Shown one piece after another: positions 38,563-49,022 of a DNA stretch of 64,000 nucleotides. The position numbers were made by a program, and so were the translations under genes. How positions within the stretch are numbered: the stretch's first letter is position 1; every line of letters starts with the position of its first letter. The DNA is taken from IMG/VR virus record IMGVR_UViG_3300046320_000024. One strand, 5' to 3'. The notes beneath the pieces are model-generated. The model ran no database searches and was not told where the DNA came from. It saw only the letters and a program-made list of their open reading frames with translations. This DNA comes from an uncultured virus (IMG/VR IMGVR_UViG_3300046320_000024). Its lineage: Duplodnaviria > Heunggongvirae > Uroviricota > Caudoviricetes.

Positions 38563-39081
38563 ATGACTACATCTATTCCATCTCAGCTTAATCCGTTATC
38601 ACCTAACGGGTTTCAGTTTTCTGTTCAGAAACTACCTGACATTACATTTTTCTGTCAGCAAGTTAATCTTCCAGGGATAAATCTTGGAGAGCCTACGTTC
38701 TCGACACCATTTTCTACACAACCAGTTCCAGGTGATACATTACAATATGATCCATTGACTCTGCAGTTTCTTGTTGATGAGAACATGACTAACTACAAAG
38801 TGTTGTATAACTGGATTATTGCTCTTGGGTTCCCAGAGAGTTACGAACAGTATATCGGACATAATGCACAAGACACAACAGGGTATAGCGAATTAGCTAA
38901 GAACTATTCAGACGCTACGCTACAAATCCTAGATAGTAACAACCAAGTGGTTCAGACGATTCAGTTCTACGATGTGTTTCCAACTACCATCGACTCTGTA
39001 ATGTTTGCTTCTACTAATGATGATGTCCAATACGTTACAGGCAATGTAACCTTTAAATTTGGATGGTATAAGTTATTATAA
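38563..39081 (+). CDS. gp3: Tail tube terminator/completion protein gp3
   Basis: NPLSPNGFQF, FFCQQVNLPGI, FLVDENMTNY, SDATLQIL; CCTAAATA at 38550. Confidence 0.8.
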   Translation: MTTSIPSQLNPLSPNGFQFSVQKLPDITFFCQQVNLPGINLGEPTFSTPFSTQPVPGDTLQYDPLTLQFLVDENMTNYKVLYNWIIALGFPESYEQYIGHNAQDTTGYSELAKNYSDATLQILDSNNQVVQTIQFYDVFPTTIDSVMFASTNDDVQYVTGNVTFKFGWYKLL

Positions 39082-39130
39082 TTGAATAAATCATTGGCTA
39101 CACAAAGCCAATTTACAACATGGAGTTATT

Positions 39131-39568
39131 ATGAATATTGAGCAGATTCAAGATATGTGGGATGTCGATTGTGAGATCGACAACAACTACCTCGGTGAGA
39201 CTACCACCGCTACACCAAAGCTACACGCTAAGTACGTCAAACTTCTAGTCAATGTGAAACTGAAGCATACAAAGCTCAGTTCTGACTACAACATCTTACG
39301 CAAAAACAAATTCAAATACTATCGGGGCGAAATGTCACGAGAAGAACTCACTGACCTTAATTGGAATCAGTGGCAAGGCGTAAAACCAATCAAGAACGAG
39401 ATGGATGAATTCTTGAAAGGTGATAACGATCTAAACACAATGACAGTTAAGATCCAATATCTCGAAACAATGGTTTATATGCTGGAGTCTATCCTTGGGC
39501 AAATTAAAGCTAGAGACTGGCAGATTAAGACTGCCGTTGAATGGAAGAAATTCCTAGCAGGAATGTAA
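39131..39568 (+). CDS. uvsY: Recombination mediator UvsY
   Basis: IQDMWDVDCEID, PKLHAKY, RDWQIKTAVEWKKFLAG. Confidence 0.9.
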   Translation: MNIEQIQDMWDVDCEIDNNYLGETTTATPKLHAKYVKLLVNVKLKHTKLSSDYNILRKNKFKYYRGEMSREELTDLNWNQWQGVKPIKNEMDEFLKGDNDLNTMTVKIQYLETMVYMLESILGQIKARDWQIKTAVEWKKFLAGM

Positions 39569-41049
39569 TGATTAAAATTGAAAAACTCGATGAGGTTTAT
39601 GTAAGAGTCTTTTCTGATGCCAGCATCGAACAAGAACTAGCAGACTTCTTTACCTACGAATATCCAGGTGCCAAGTTCACTCCACAATACAGAGCACGTT
39701 TGTGGGACGGTAAGGTGCGGATGTATGACCAGATTAGAAAGACATTGTACGTCGGTCTAGTTTCATACGTTGAGGAATTTGCTGTTCGTAACGGATATCA
39801 AGTAGAGTACGTTACTCCAGTAATGGTGCGCAACGGTATCACAGCAGAACAAGTAGAGGCTTACGCTAAATCGTTAAAGCCCATGGGTCGTGGACAACCT
39901 ATCGAGATTCGAGACTATCAAGTAGAAGCAGTAAAGACTGCTCTCGATCAAGAGCGCACGCTGCTATTATCTCCGACTGCCTCTGGAAAGTCATTTATCA
40001 TTTACACGACATTAAGATACCACGTTGCAAATAAACGTAAGTGTATCATTATCGTTCCAACGACATCTCTTGTTGAGCAGTTGTATGCTGATTTCCAAGA
40101 CTACTCATCTGCAAATGGATGGGACGTGGATCGTCACTGTCAGAAATTGTATAGTGGTTTCACTAAAGAATTACACTCTAATGTTCTTATCACTACTTGG
40201 CAGTCTGTATACCTACAACCGAAGTCTTGGTTCGCTCAGTTCGATGTAATCTTTGGTGATGAAGCACACCAATTCAAAGCAAAGTCTTTAACAACAGTTA
40301 TGGAAAAGATGGATAAGATTCGTTATCGTGTTGGTACTACTGGTACGCTAGATAACAAAAAGGTTCATCGCTTAGTTCTTGAAGGTATGTTTGGTCCAGT
40401 GCATAGAGTTACCACTACCAAAGCATTGATGGATTCTAACAAACTTGCTACACTAAACATCACATGTATCTTATTGAAGTACAATGATGAGGTTCGCAAA
40501 GCAAGAAAGAATAACACTTACCAAGAAGAGATGGACTTTATTGTTGGACAAGAGCAACGCAATAAATTCATTCGTAATCTTGCTATCAAGTCTGGTGGAA
40601 ACACTCTTGTATTGTTCCAGTATGTTGAGAAACACGGTAAGATTCTTTTAGATCTTATCAAAAACAAAGCCCACGATACAAGAAAGATTTTCTTTGTTTA
40701 CGGTGGTACTGATACTGCAGATCGAGAAGCGATCCGTCACATTTGCGAAGGTGAAGAAGATGCTATTATCATTGCTTCGTATGGAACTTTCTCTACTGGT
40801 ATTAACATTCCTTCGATTGAGAATGTAATCTTTGCATCACCATCCAAGTCTAAGATTCGTAACTTACAATCTATCGGACGTGGGTTACGATTGAAGAGTG
40901 GTAAAACGCATTGTAATCTCTATGACCTCGCTGACGACTTGCATTGGAAGTCTTGGAAGAATCATACTCTGGGACATGCAGCAGAACGTTACAAAACGTA
41001 TGCTGAAGAAGAATTTAAATTGAAAGTCGTTGAGGTAGAACTATGCTAA
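39568..41049 (+). CDS. uvsW: SF2 helicase UvsW
   Basis: RDYQ, SPTASGKS, DEAH, LQSIGRGLR; ATG overlaps the uvsY stop. Confidence 0.95.
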   Translation: MIKIEKLDEVYVRVFSDASIEQELADFFTYEYPGAKFTPQYRARLWDGKVRMYDQIRKTLYVGLVSYVEEFAVRNGYQVEYVTPVMVRNGITAEQVEAYAKSLKPMGRGQPIEIRDYQVEAVKTALDQERTLLLSPTASGKSFIIYTTLRYHVANKRKCIIIVPTTSLVEQLYADFQDYSSANGWDVDRHCQKLYSGFTKELHSNVLITTWQSVYLQPKSWFAQFDVIFGDEAHQFKAKSLTTVMEKMDKIRYRVGTTGTLDNKKVHRLVLEGMFGPVHRVTTTKALMDSNKLATLNITCILLKYNDEVRKARKNNTYQEEMDFIVGQEQRNKFIRNLAIKSGGNTLVLFQYVEKHGKILLDLIKNKAHDTRKIFFVYGGTDTADREAIRHICEGEEDAIIIASYGTFSTGINIPSIENVIFASPSKSKIRNLQSIGRGLRLKSGKTHCNLYDLADDLHWKSWKNHTLGHAAERYKTYAEEEFKLKVVEVELC

Positions 41050-41480
41050 CTGGAAAAGAAGTTTTCGTTGTAGTCAAGTTTATTAGCGGAGAACAGGTAC
41101 TGTCTGCCTTGCAAGAAGAAGACGATACGTATATTGAACTGTTGCATCCGATGGTCGTGAAAACGATACCGAACATTGCGACAGGAAAAGAACATGTGAC
41201 AGCTGCTCCATTCTGCCAGTTTTCGAGAGATGATTCTTACCTAATAGATAAGAAGAACGTGATGTTCATCAAGTCGATGCATTCAACGTTCGTTCCTCAT
41301 TATATGAGAATTGTGGAAGAGCACAATGACATTTCTCTTGCAGAAGAGCCAGATGAAGACACAAAGAGAAAGATTGAGCAACTCGTCGAGATCTTTGGAG
41401 ATGCATTGGATGACGATACGTCACCAGCAGAGGGAGATGGAGAAGGTATCTACGTAGAAGGAAACGATACTAGACACTAA
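41043..41480 (+). CDS. Conserved hypothetical protein (possibly Sm-like)
   Basis: VKFISGEQVLS N-terminus; position between uvsW and gp55. Confidence 0.65.
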   Translation: MLTGKEVFVVVKFISGEQVLSALQEEDDTYIELLHPMVVKTIPNIATGKEHVTAAPFCQFSRDDSYLIDKKNVMFIKSMHSTFVPHYMRIVEEHNDISLAEEPDEDTKRKIEQLVEIFGDALDDDTSPAEGDGEGIYVEGNDTRH

Positions 41481-41571
41481 GTAAGTTACTCTATTCAGCA
41501 TCAACCCTAACACAGTGAATTATGCCCTAAGTCAACTAAATAAGCAAATCTAAATTGCAATACAGATAAAC

Positions 41572-41600
41572 TTGTCTTGCATTGGTTGCAGAGGTATACT
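41572..41600 (+). promoter_or_regulatory. Sigma70-type early promoter for gp55
   Basis: TTGTCT-17 nt-TATACT. Confidence 0.7.
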
Positions 41601-41636
41601 TACTCTTGCTTTGTTAATCAAAGGAAAATATCATGT

Positions 41637-42212
41637 ATGGCACATTACGTAAATAACGCTGACTTCTTAGTGGCGATCTCTGAGTATAGAACAAAAGTTC
41701 TTGCTGCTAAAGAAAATGGAACACCTCTCCCACAGGTTAGTAACTACATCGGCGAATGCATTTTAAAGATTGCCAACCATCTCTCTTACAAACCGAACTT
41801 CATCAACTACTCTTATCGTGAGGAGATGATTTCGGATGGTATTGAGAACTGTCTTCAATATATCAACAACTTCGATCCGTCCAAGTCAAACAACCCCTTT
41901 GCTTACTTCACTCAAATCATTTACTATGCATTCTTGCGTAGAATCGCTAAAGAAAAGAAGCAGTCATACATTAAGGGTAAGTTGATTCAGGACATGCCGT
42001 TCGAAGCATTTGAGTTACAAGATCAAGATGATGGTGGTGAGTTTCATAATGCATACCTAGACTTTATGCAGAACAACCATACGTTTGATGATTCCTTCAT
42101 TACAAAGAAGGCTGCAAAAGCTAAAAAGAAGCAAACCAATCTAGATGATTTTATAGGTGAAGTAGATGATTACCAAGGCGATACAAGCCCCAGCGATAGC
42201 GAGTCCGAGTGA
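41637..42212 (+). CDS. gp55: Late-transcription sigma factor gp55
   Basis: HYVNN, YIGECILKIA, NFINYSYREEMISDGIENC, NPFAYFTQI. Confidence 0.96.
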   Translation: MAHYVNNADFLVAISEYRTKVLAAKENGTPLPQVSNYIGECILKIANHLSYKPNFINYSYREEMISDGIENCLQYINNFDPSKSNNPFAYFTQIIYYAFLRRIAKEKKQSYIKGKLIQDMPFEAFELQDQDDGGEFHNAYLDFMQNNHTFDDSFITKKAAKAKKKQTNLDDFIGEVDDYQGDTSPSDSESE

Positions 42213-43374
42213 AGTAAGTTCATTCCTTAATCGGATTCGATCTGGATATGCTGGTGGGCGACCACGTACTGTAAGACGCAACCGTGTCAAAGCTGCTGCT
42301 GGTTCTAAGCGAACGTTGAAGGGTTACACGTTCGATCATTATGATGACATGACAAATTTGAAAGAGTTTATGAGTAACAGTGATAATAAAGTTTTCATGG
42401 GTGTTTCTGATTTCAGTGATCTAATCACTACTGAGATCCTACAGAAACGTGTATCTGCAAACAAACAGACACTACATCGTGAGACTACCGTATTGGCTAA
42501 CCGCAAGGCTTGGGCTGATTGGTCTGAAGAAGAATTCGAAGGTTGTCTCTTTGTGCAAGGTTCTGCTTCTTCTGGTTTCATCATTGAAGAAGAAGACATG
42601 AACTATGTCACATACTCTGTGAATAGCAACTCAACAACTGTTCGTGCTTTTGGTGACGAAGTATTTGTTGAATACATCATGGATTTGGTAACGGGTAAGT
42701 TCGACATTGTAACTTCTTACATCGAATGGATCTACTCTGGTGACGGCAACTCCGTCAACGTCCCACTCAATCGTGATCGTCTTCCAGTTGACGAGATGTA
42801 CCCATTCCTCAAGGGTGAATCTCTTGGCGACTACTACGATCGTTTCATGGCATCTTCTGCCAACATCTTACTCCTGATTGGTCCGCCTGGAACTGGCAAG
42901 ACTACATTCATCCGTGGCCTGTTGTCACACACCGAATCATCTGCCATGGTTACATACGATGCAGCTATCCTTGAGAAAGATTATCTCTTTGCACGCTTCA
43001 TCGAAGACGACACAAGTGTTATGGTGTTGGAAGACTCTGACGCATTCTTGAAGAGCCGTTCAGATGGCAACACAATGATGCATCGCTTCTTGAACGTTGG
43101 TGACGGTCTTGTTACCACTAAAGGTAAGAAGATGATCTTCTCTACCAACTTGCCATCTATCCGTGACATTGACTCTGCTTTGGTTCGTCCAGGTCGTTGC
43201 TTTGACATCGTTACATTCGATCAGTTGAACCAATCAGAAGCACAAGCACTGGCTGATAAGTTGAATGTTGAGTTGTCTGGTGACAAGCAAACATACAGCA
43301 TCGCTGAAGTCTTCAACCAACAATCTGACAACACTAAGAAGTCGGCTTCTGCTCGAAAGGTAGGTTTCATTTGA
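42166..43374 (+). CDS. AAA+ ATPase (start uncertain)
   Basis: GPPGTGKT Walker A, VLEDSD Walker B, STN, DSALVRPGR arginine finger. Confidence 0.85.
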   Translation: MITKAIQAPAIASPSEVSSFLNRIRSGYAGGRPRTVRRNRVKAAAGSKRTLKGYTFDHYDDMTNLKEFMSNSDNKVFMGVSDFSDLITTEILQKRVSANKQTLHRETTVLANRKAWADWSEEEFEGCLFVQGSASSGFIIEEEDMNYVTYSVNSNSTTVRAFGDEVFVEYIMDLVTGKFDIVTSYIEWIYSGDGNSVNVPLNRDRLPVDEMYPFLKGESLGDYYDRFMASSANILLLIGPPGTGKTTFIRGLLSHTESSAMVTYDAAILEKDYLFARFIEDDTSVMVLEDSDAFLKSRSDGNTMMHRFLNVGDGLVTTKGKKMIFSTNLPSIRDIDSALVRPGRCFDIVTFDQLNQSEAQALADKLNVELSGDKQTYSIAEVFNQQSDNTKKSASARKVGFI

Positions 43375-43538
43375 TTGATAAAGAATGGTTAGATAAAATT
43401 GCTCTTGGAGCAAAGGTGTATAACGAAACCCGTGCACATCGTGATTTCCAAGCAGACGAAGTAAATAAATTTGTTGATTGGATGCACCAGCAATATGGTG
43501 TAGTTGCTCCAAATATTCGAGAGGACAAACGTGTATAA
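43371..43538 (+). CDS. Small hypothetical protein, 55 aa (MIDKEWLDKIALGAKVY...), not in ORF track
   Basis: TTG start overlaps the AAA stop, AGGTAGG upstream, fills the gap exactly. Confidence 0.55.
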   Translation: MIDKEWLDKIALGAKVYNETRAHRDFQADEVNKFVDWMHQQYGVVAPNIREDKRV

Positions 43539-43695
43539 AGTAACTTACTACGCTAATTTTAGCAACAAGGTTGTGAATAAGGATTTTAAGGATCTTCATG
43601 AAGCTACTGAATTTTGCAATTCATTACCATTGAATATGGTTCTTGAAGTGAAACTCTACCCAGATGTAGTTGTTAAGAAAGAAGATCGCACATGA
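43531..43695 (+). CDS. Small hypothetical protein
   Basis: GTG start after GAGGA; stop overlaps the gp47 ATG. Confidence 0.55.
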   Translation: MYKVTYYANFSNKVVNKDFKDLHEATEFCNSLPLNMVLEVKLYPDVVVKKEDRT

Positions 43696-44747
43696 AGGTG
43701 GCGATTATCACAGACCAGCACTTTGGTGCTCGTAATGATAGTGTTGCTTTCTTAGACTTCTTTCAGAAATTTTATGACGACACATTCTTTCCTACTATTG
43801 ATGCTAATGGTATTAACACCGTTCTTATTCTCGGTGATACTTTTGATCGACGCAAGTACGTCAACTTCTATGCTCTCGACAGAGCGAAGAAAATGTTTTT
43901 TGACAAACTTGAATCTCGTGGTATTACTGTTCATATGTTGGCTGGTAACCACGATACGTATTTTAAGAATACAAACGATGTAAACTCTCCAGACTTACTT
44001 CTGCGAGAATATGGAAACATTATTGTTATCGATTCACCTGAGACTATCGTTATCGATGGCACTCCCGTCTGTATGATGCCGTGGATCTGTCCTGAGAATT
44101 ATCAAGAGTCACTTGATATGATTCAAAACACCAAAGCTGACATTTGTATGGGTCACTTTGAAATCGCTGGCTTTGCAATGTACAGAGGAATGGAATCCCA
44201 TGATGGACTTTCTAAAGAAACTTTTGATAAATTCGATCTGGTTTTTAGTGGTCACTATCACCATCGCTCTTCTGACAAGCACATTCATTATCTCGGAAAT
44301 CCGTACGAACTCACGTGGCAGGACTATAACGATCCCAGAGGGTTCCACCTGTTTGACACAAACACAAGAAACCTTGAATTCGTATACAATCCTAATCGAA
44401 TGTTCGAAAGACTCGAGTACAATGACAAAGAAGTCGAGCCTATCGACTTAGATACACTCGATCTAAAGAACATGTATGTAAAACTAATTGTTCTAAACAA
44501 AACCGACTACTACAAATTTGACAAGTTCATTGCCAAGCTGTATAATAAAGGATGCGCTGACATTAAGATCGTTGAGGATATGTCTGAATTCCAAGACGGT
44601 GAGATCGGCGAAGAAATTTCTTTAGAAGATACTGTGTCTGTTTTAACACATTATATCGACTCAGTGACGACTGATGTTGATAAAGACCAGATCAAATCAT
44701 TCATGCAAGGTTTATATACCGAAGCAGTTAATATCGAGGTTGTTTAA
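43692..44747 (+). CDS. gp47: Recombination endonuclease subunit gp47 (Mre11/SbcD-like)
   Basis: ITDQHFG, LGDTFD, GNHD, GHFE, SGHYH metallophosphoesterase motifs. Confidence 0.96.
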   Translation: MKVAIITDQHFGARNDSVAFLDFFQKFYDDTFFPTIDANGINTVLILGDTFDRRKYVNFYALDRAKKMFFDKLESRGITVHMLAGNHDTYFKNTNDVNSPDLLLREYGNIIVIDSPETIVIDGTPVCMMPWICPENYQESLDMIQNTKADICMGHFEIAGFAMYRGMESHDGLSKETFDKFDLVFSGHYHHRSSDKHIHYLGNPYELTWQDYNDPRGFHLFDTNTRNLEFVYNPNRMFERLEYNDKEVEPIDLDTLDLKNMYVKLIVLNKTDYYKFDKFIAKLYNKGCADIKIVEDMSEFQDGEIGEEISLEDTVSVLTHYIDSVTTDVDKDQIKSFMQGLYTEAVNIEVV

Positions 44748-46465
44748 TGATCGTATTCAAGTCTGTCCAATGGAAGAACTTTCTATCCACTGGAAGCGCA
44801 CCAAACAAAGTTTTATTGAACAAGTCACCAACCACTCTTATCATTGGTAAGAATGGCGAAGGTAAGTCTACTATCCTAGACGCATTGTGCTTTGGTTTGT
44901 TTGGCAAGCCTTTCCGTAACATCAACAAAGGTCAGTTGGTAAACTCTATCAACGGTAAGGCATGTGTTGTTGAGATTGAATTCTCTATCGGTAAGAAAGA
45001 ATACAAAATCATCCGTGGCATCAAACCAAACGTCTTTGAAATTTGGTGCGATAACGAGATGATGAATCAAGACGCTGCAAGTCGTGATTACCAGAAGGTT
45101 CTTGAGCAACAGATTCTACGATTGAACTACAAGACGTTCACTCAAGTTGTTATCTTGGGGTCAGCTTCTTTTGTTCCATTCATGCAGTTATCTTCTGCTC
45201 AACGCCGTGAAGTTATCGAAGACATCCTTGACATTCGTATCTTCTCCACAATGAATACGATTTTGAAAGAAAAAGCTAATGAGACTAAGGACACTATCAA
45301 GAGGATTGAGGGGGAGATTACAATGGCGAAGACTAAAGTGGATGGACAATCGCTTCTCATTAAAACTCTTACAGATGCCAAGTCAGAAGCTATTGAAACT
45401 CTACTATCTAAAATCAAAGATAATAACTCAGAAATACAGCGAAGCGAAAGTGCGGTGGCTCAAGCACTTGATGAGATTACCGCACTCCAATCACGATCTG
45501 CGAAAAAGAGTGAGCTTGATAACGACATTGAAAGAGCGAAGGGGTTCAAGTCCAAGGTTGTTGCCAAGGTTGAACACTGTACTCATCATGCCGAATTCTT
45601 CAATGAGAACGAGGTTTGCCCGTCCTGCTCACAGGACATTCCAGATTCCCATAAAGAAGCGTTACTAAAAGAGTTGAACGATAAGATTGATGCTGAGAAT
45701 GCTCGAATGGATGACTTAGATAAAGTTCTCACTAAGCTGAACACTCAGTTGTCTGACATCAATGAGATCCTAAAAGAAATCACTGATAAGAACATCACTA
45801 TCTCTACGTACAATACTCAAATCAGTATGCTGAATAAACTCAATGCTTCTATGCAAGTAGAGATTGAAGCAGCAAAGGCTGACACAACAAACGTTGATGA
45901 AGAAAAGCGTAAGTTGAAAGAGTTGGCTCAAGAAGCAATGAATAAAATCAATTCCAAGACCCAACTTCAAGAACAACGCAACATCGAAGAAGTTGCTGCT
46001 ATTCTACTAAAGGATACTGGTATCAAGACTGCAATCATTCGTGAGTATCTACCTGCGATGAATAAGTTGATTAATAAGTACCTGACTGCGATGGATGCGT
46101 ATATCCACTTCGAGCTAGATGAATCATTTAATGAAATTGTTAAGTCACGACACCGTGATGATTTCACTTATGCGTCATTCTCTGAAGGTGAGAAGATGCG
46201 TATTGACTTATCGATTCTGTTCACATGGCGTCAGATCGCTAAGATGAAAAACTCAGTAAACACCAACCTGTTATTGCTTGATGAGATTTTCGACTCTTCC
46301 CTCGACACAGCTGGTACTGATTATTTCTTGAACCTGATGAATGGCTTTGGTGAAAACACTAACATCTTTGTCATCTCTCACAAAGGTGATCAACTGTTTG
46401 ACAAGTTCAGAAGCGTGATCAAGTTCGAGAAGCGAAACGACTTTAGTGTAATCGCTACAAACTAA
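44747..46465 (+). CDS. gp46: Recombination endonuclease subunit gp46 (Rad50/SbcC-like)
   Basis: GKNGEGKS, CPSC zinc hook, FSEGEKMR, LDEIFDSSLD. Confidence 0.96.
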   Translation: MIVFKSVQWKNFLSTGSAPNKVLLNKSPTTLIIGKNGEGKSTILDALCFGLFGKPFRNINKGQLVNSINGKACVVEIEFSIGKKEYKIIRGIKPNVFEIWCDNEMMNQDAASRDYQKVLEQQILRLNYKTFTQVVILGSASFVPFMQLSSAQRREVIEDILDIRIFSTMNTILKEKANETKDTIKRIEGEITMAKTKVDGQSLLIKTLTDAKSEAIETLLSKIKDNNSEIQRSESAVAQALDEITALQSRSAKKSELDNDIERAKGFKSKVVAKVEHCTHHAEFFNENEVCPSCSQDIPDSHKEALLKELNDKIDAENARMDDLDKVLTKLNTQLSDINEILKEITDKNITISTYNTQISMLNKLNASMQVEIEAAKADTTNVDEEKRKLKELAQEAMNKINSKTQLQEQRNIEEVAAILLKDTGIKTAIIREYLPAMNKLINKYLTAMDAYIHFELDESFNEIVKSRHRDDFTYASFSEGEKMRIDLSILFTWRQIAKMKNSVNTNLLLLDEIFDSSLDTAGTDYFLNLMNGFGENTNIFVISHKGDQLFDKFRSVIKFEKRNDFSVIATN

Positions 46466-46480
46466 AGGTTTACTTTTAGG

Positions 46481-46506
46481 AAAGACCTCACCAAGTGTGG
46501 GGTTTT
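46481..46506 (+). terminator. Terminator-like hairpin after gp46
   Basis: AAGACCTCAC-CAAGT-GTGGGGTTTT (with G-U pairs). Confidence 0.55.
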
Positions 46507-46519
46507 GTTCATTTAGTTC

Positions 46520-46548
46520 TTGTCTTTTTATCATGTCTGATGTATAAT
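46520..46548 (+). promoter_or_regulatory. Sigma70-type early promoter
   Basis: TTGTCT-17 nt-TATAAT. Confidence 0.8.
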
Positions 46549-46572
46549 TCATCTATTGAATGGGAGAACACT

Positions 46573-46740
46573 ATGTGGAAAGACTTTAACGACTTTGAAC
46601 TTGCAAGCCTAGCATTTGACTATGGGTTCAAAGATGATGTAGAATTCGATCTACTGAATGAAGGATTCAGGCTAGTGGATCGTGGATCCCTTGAACAGAT
46701 CCTAACTGATTATGAGATGGCGCAAGCCTTTGAGGTTTAA
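46573..46740 (+). CDS. Small acidic hypothetical protein
   Basis: GGGAGA RBS, ATG at 46573, directly after the promoter. Confidence 0.6.
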   Translation: MWKDFNDFELASLAFDYGFKDDVEFDLLNEGFRLVDRGSLEQILTDYEMAQAFEV

Positions 46741-46742
46741 TA

Positions 46743-48893
46743 ATGGAAATTCAAGCAAGTGACTTGTCAGCACGACTGCTGGCTACAGAAAACCTGAACG
46801 TGGTTCGTGCCCGTGCCCGTACTGCATCGTTCGATATTAAGAATCGTGTGCTGACGATCCCAGTCTGGAAAGATATGACTCCAGAGATTGAGGATATGCT
46901 CATTGGTCACGAAGTGGGTCACGCCTTGTACACAGGCGAAGAGTACCTAAAACCTATCCAAGAAAATAAAAGCATGATGTCTTATCTCAACGTACTGGAA
47001 GATGTGCGTATTGAGAAGATGATCAAGCGTAAGTATCCAGGTCTGCGTAAGCGCATGAACGAAGGCTACAAACAACTTAATGAACGTGACTTCTTTGGCG
47101 TGAAACAAGTCCAAGACTTTGACCAATTGTTGCTCATCGACAAAATCAACTTGTACTTTAAAGCTGGTTTCCAGTGCGGTGTCACATTCGATCCAGATGA
47201 GAAGCCATTCGTGAATCGTGCTGAGAAGACTGAGACCATCGATGAACTCATCGAGTTGGCCAAAGACATCTATGCATACTCAAAGGCTAAAGCTGAAGAA
47301 GAAGCCCAGCAAGCTGCCAAAGAACGTGCCGACGAAGGTGATGCCGACGACGAAACCACGGACACTGATGAAGACTGGGATCCAGATTCTGATGAAGATA
47401 TGGAAGATGAAGATCGTGGTGCTGGCAAAGAGCAGAAGAAGGGTACTGCACCTAAACAGAAAGATGTGACTGACGAAGACTTGGAGTCTAAGACAGAACG
47501 TTCTTTCCAAGATAAGTTGCAAGACTTGGCTGATACAGATACCCAATACTTCTATCACAAGATTGATGATGCTTACGTCAACGATCCCGTCATACCGTTC
47601 AAACGTATTCTCAAAGAGACTAGCGAAAAGACTGGTCTTGCATGGTACGATAAAGAGACTTTGGAAAAACGTCCAGACTATATCGAACAACAAAAGAAAA
47701 TCGACGCTGGTTTCGAGAAGTTCAAAGCTGATTCTCAACGTGCTGTGAATTACTTGGTCAAAGAATTTGAGATGCGTAAGTCTGCTCAGATGTACAAACG
47801 TGCTCAGATCTCCAAGTCTGGTTCTTTGGATATGAAGAAAATCTACGCATACAAACTGCAAGACGATCTGTTCAAGCGTGTGACTGTTCTGCCACAAGGT
47901 AAGAACCATGGTATGGTTTTCTTGTTGGACTGGTCAGGTTCTATGAGTGGTGTTATGGAAGACACATTGAAGCAAGTTATCAACTTGGCAATGTTCTGTA
48001 ACCGCACACAGATTCCATATCGTGTATTAGCGTTCACCTCTCAATACAATGAGCGTGACTATGATCATCGCTACTACGACAAACAACGTGAAATTCATAG
48101 TGCTCGTGCAAATTCTGATGATTCATATCTGTCGAATGCTACTACCACTATGCACTTGTTGGAGATTTTCTCTAACCGTATGACTAACTCTGAGTTTAAT
48201 ACGATGTGTAAACGTGTGTTAGATCATAAGTTCTTCTGGAACAAAGGCTACTCCATGGGTGGCACTCCATTGAATGAAGCACTTGGTTGGATCTATCACA
48301 ATCTTGGTGATTACATCAAGAACAACAACATCGAAAAGATGACATTGATTACTCTTACCGATGGCGAGGGTGGTGCAATGCAATCTCATAAGATGGGCAA
48401 TCTGCACGAAGTTCGTAATGAGTATGTTGGTTCAACATACAAACGTGTCAAGCAGAAACATTACATCCGTGACGATCGTACTCAAAAGACTTATGAGATC
48501 AATCGAACATCTAACAAACAGACAGAGGTTCTGTTGCGTATGATCAAAGATCGCCATGACATCGTTGTGCTTGGTTTCTACGTTACACGTAATGCTCGTC
48601 GTGATTTGGAATGGGTTATCAATTCCAACCTGCCAGAATTTACTGGCAGTAAAGACTTATTGGTTGATACATGGCGCAAGGAATTCAAGACTGATGGCTT
48701 TGCTTCGGTAAAGAACACTGGTCGTGATGAACTTTTTATCATCCCCCAAGAATCTACCAAGATTGAAGAGGGTGAGTTAACAGTCAATGGTGATGCAAAC
48801 GCTAAAGCCATTGCAAGAAACTTCAGCAAATTCTTGAACGTTAAGAAGACTAGTCGGGTTCTCCTGAACCGATTCATCGGCTACGTTGCGTAA
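46743..48893 (+). CDS. Metallopeptidase-like (HExxH) plus vWA protein (CobT-like)
   Basis: HEVGH, NVLEDVRIE, acidic linker, LLDWSGSM MIDAS, GGTPL, LTDGEG. Confidence 0.85.
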   Translation: MEIQASDLSARLLATENLNVVRARARTASFDIKNRVLTIPVWKDMTPEIEDMLIGHEVGHALYTGEEYLKPIQENKSMMSYLNVLEDVRIEKMIKRKYPGLRKRMNEGYKQLNERDFFGVKQVQDFDQLLLIDKINLYFKAGFQCGVTFDPDEKPFVNRAEKTETIDELIELAKDIYAYSKAKAEEEAQQAAKERADEGDADDETTDTDEDWDPDSDEDMEDEDRGAGKEQKKGTAPKQKDVTDEDLESKTERSFQDKLQDLADTDTQYFYHKIDDAYVNDPVIPFKRILKETSEKTGLAWYDKETLEKRPDYIEQQKKIDAGFEKFKADSQRAVNYLVKEFEMRKSAQMYKRAQISKSGSLDMKKIYAYKLQDDLFKRVTVLPQGKNHGMVFLLDWSGSMSGVMEDTLKQVINLAMFCNRTQIPYRVLAFTSQYNERDYDHRYYDKQREIHSARANSDDSYLSNATTTMHLLEIFSNRMTNSEFNTMCKRVLDHKFFWNKGYSMGGTPLNEALGWIYHNLGDYIKNNNIEKMTLITLTDGEGGAMQSHKMGNLHEVRNEYVGSTYKRVKQKHYIRDDRTQKTYEINRTSNKQTEVLLRMIKDRHDIVVLGFYVTRNARRDLEWVINSNLPEFTGSKDLLVDTWRKEFKTDGFASVKNTGRDELFIIPQESTKIEEGELTVNGDANAKAIARNFSKFLNVKKTSRVLLNRFIGYVA

Positions 48894-48903
48894 GTTGTTG
48901 ATT
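48891..48903 (-). promoter_or_regulatory. IHF consensus site
   Basis: Reverse complement AATCAACAACTTA fits WATCAANNNNTTR. Confidence 0.5.
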
Positions 48904-48917
48904 TTACAGGGAAAAAT

Positions 48918-48942
48918 AAACCCCTACAAAGTGTAGGGTTTT
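48918..48942 (+). terminator. Hairpin (terminator or operator) before the early promoter
   Basis: AAACCCCTAC-AAAGT-GTAGGGTTTT. Confidence 0.55.
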
Positions 48943-48954
48943 CCAAGAAAAGTG

Positions 48955-48983
48955 TTGACATTTATTCCCGTTTATGGAATAAT
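48955..48983 (+). promoter_or_regulatory. Sigma70-type early promoter
   Basis: TTGACA-17 nt-AATAAT with extended TGn. Confidence 0.75.
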
Positions 48984-49022
48984 ACATTATATTGAGTGGT
49001 TAGGTTTATTATGGAGAATGTG

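Noticed and set aside
47280..47909. 209-aa minus-strand ORF and other antisense or alternate-frame ORFs in the track
   Set aside because: They overlap well-supported + strand genes, show no recognisable motifs and look like codon-bias shadows
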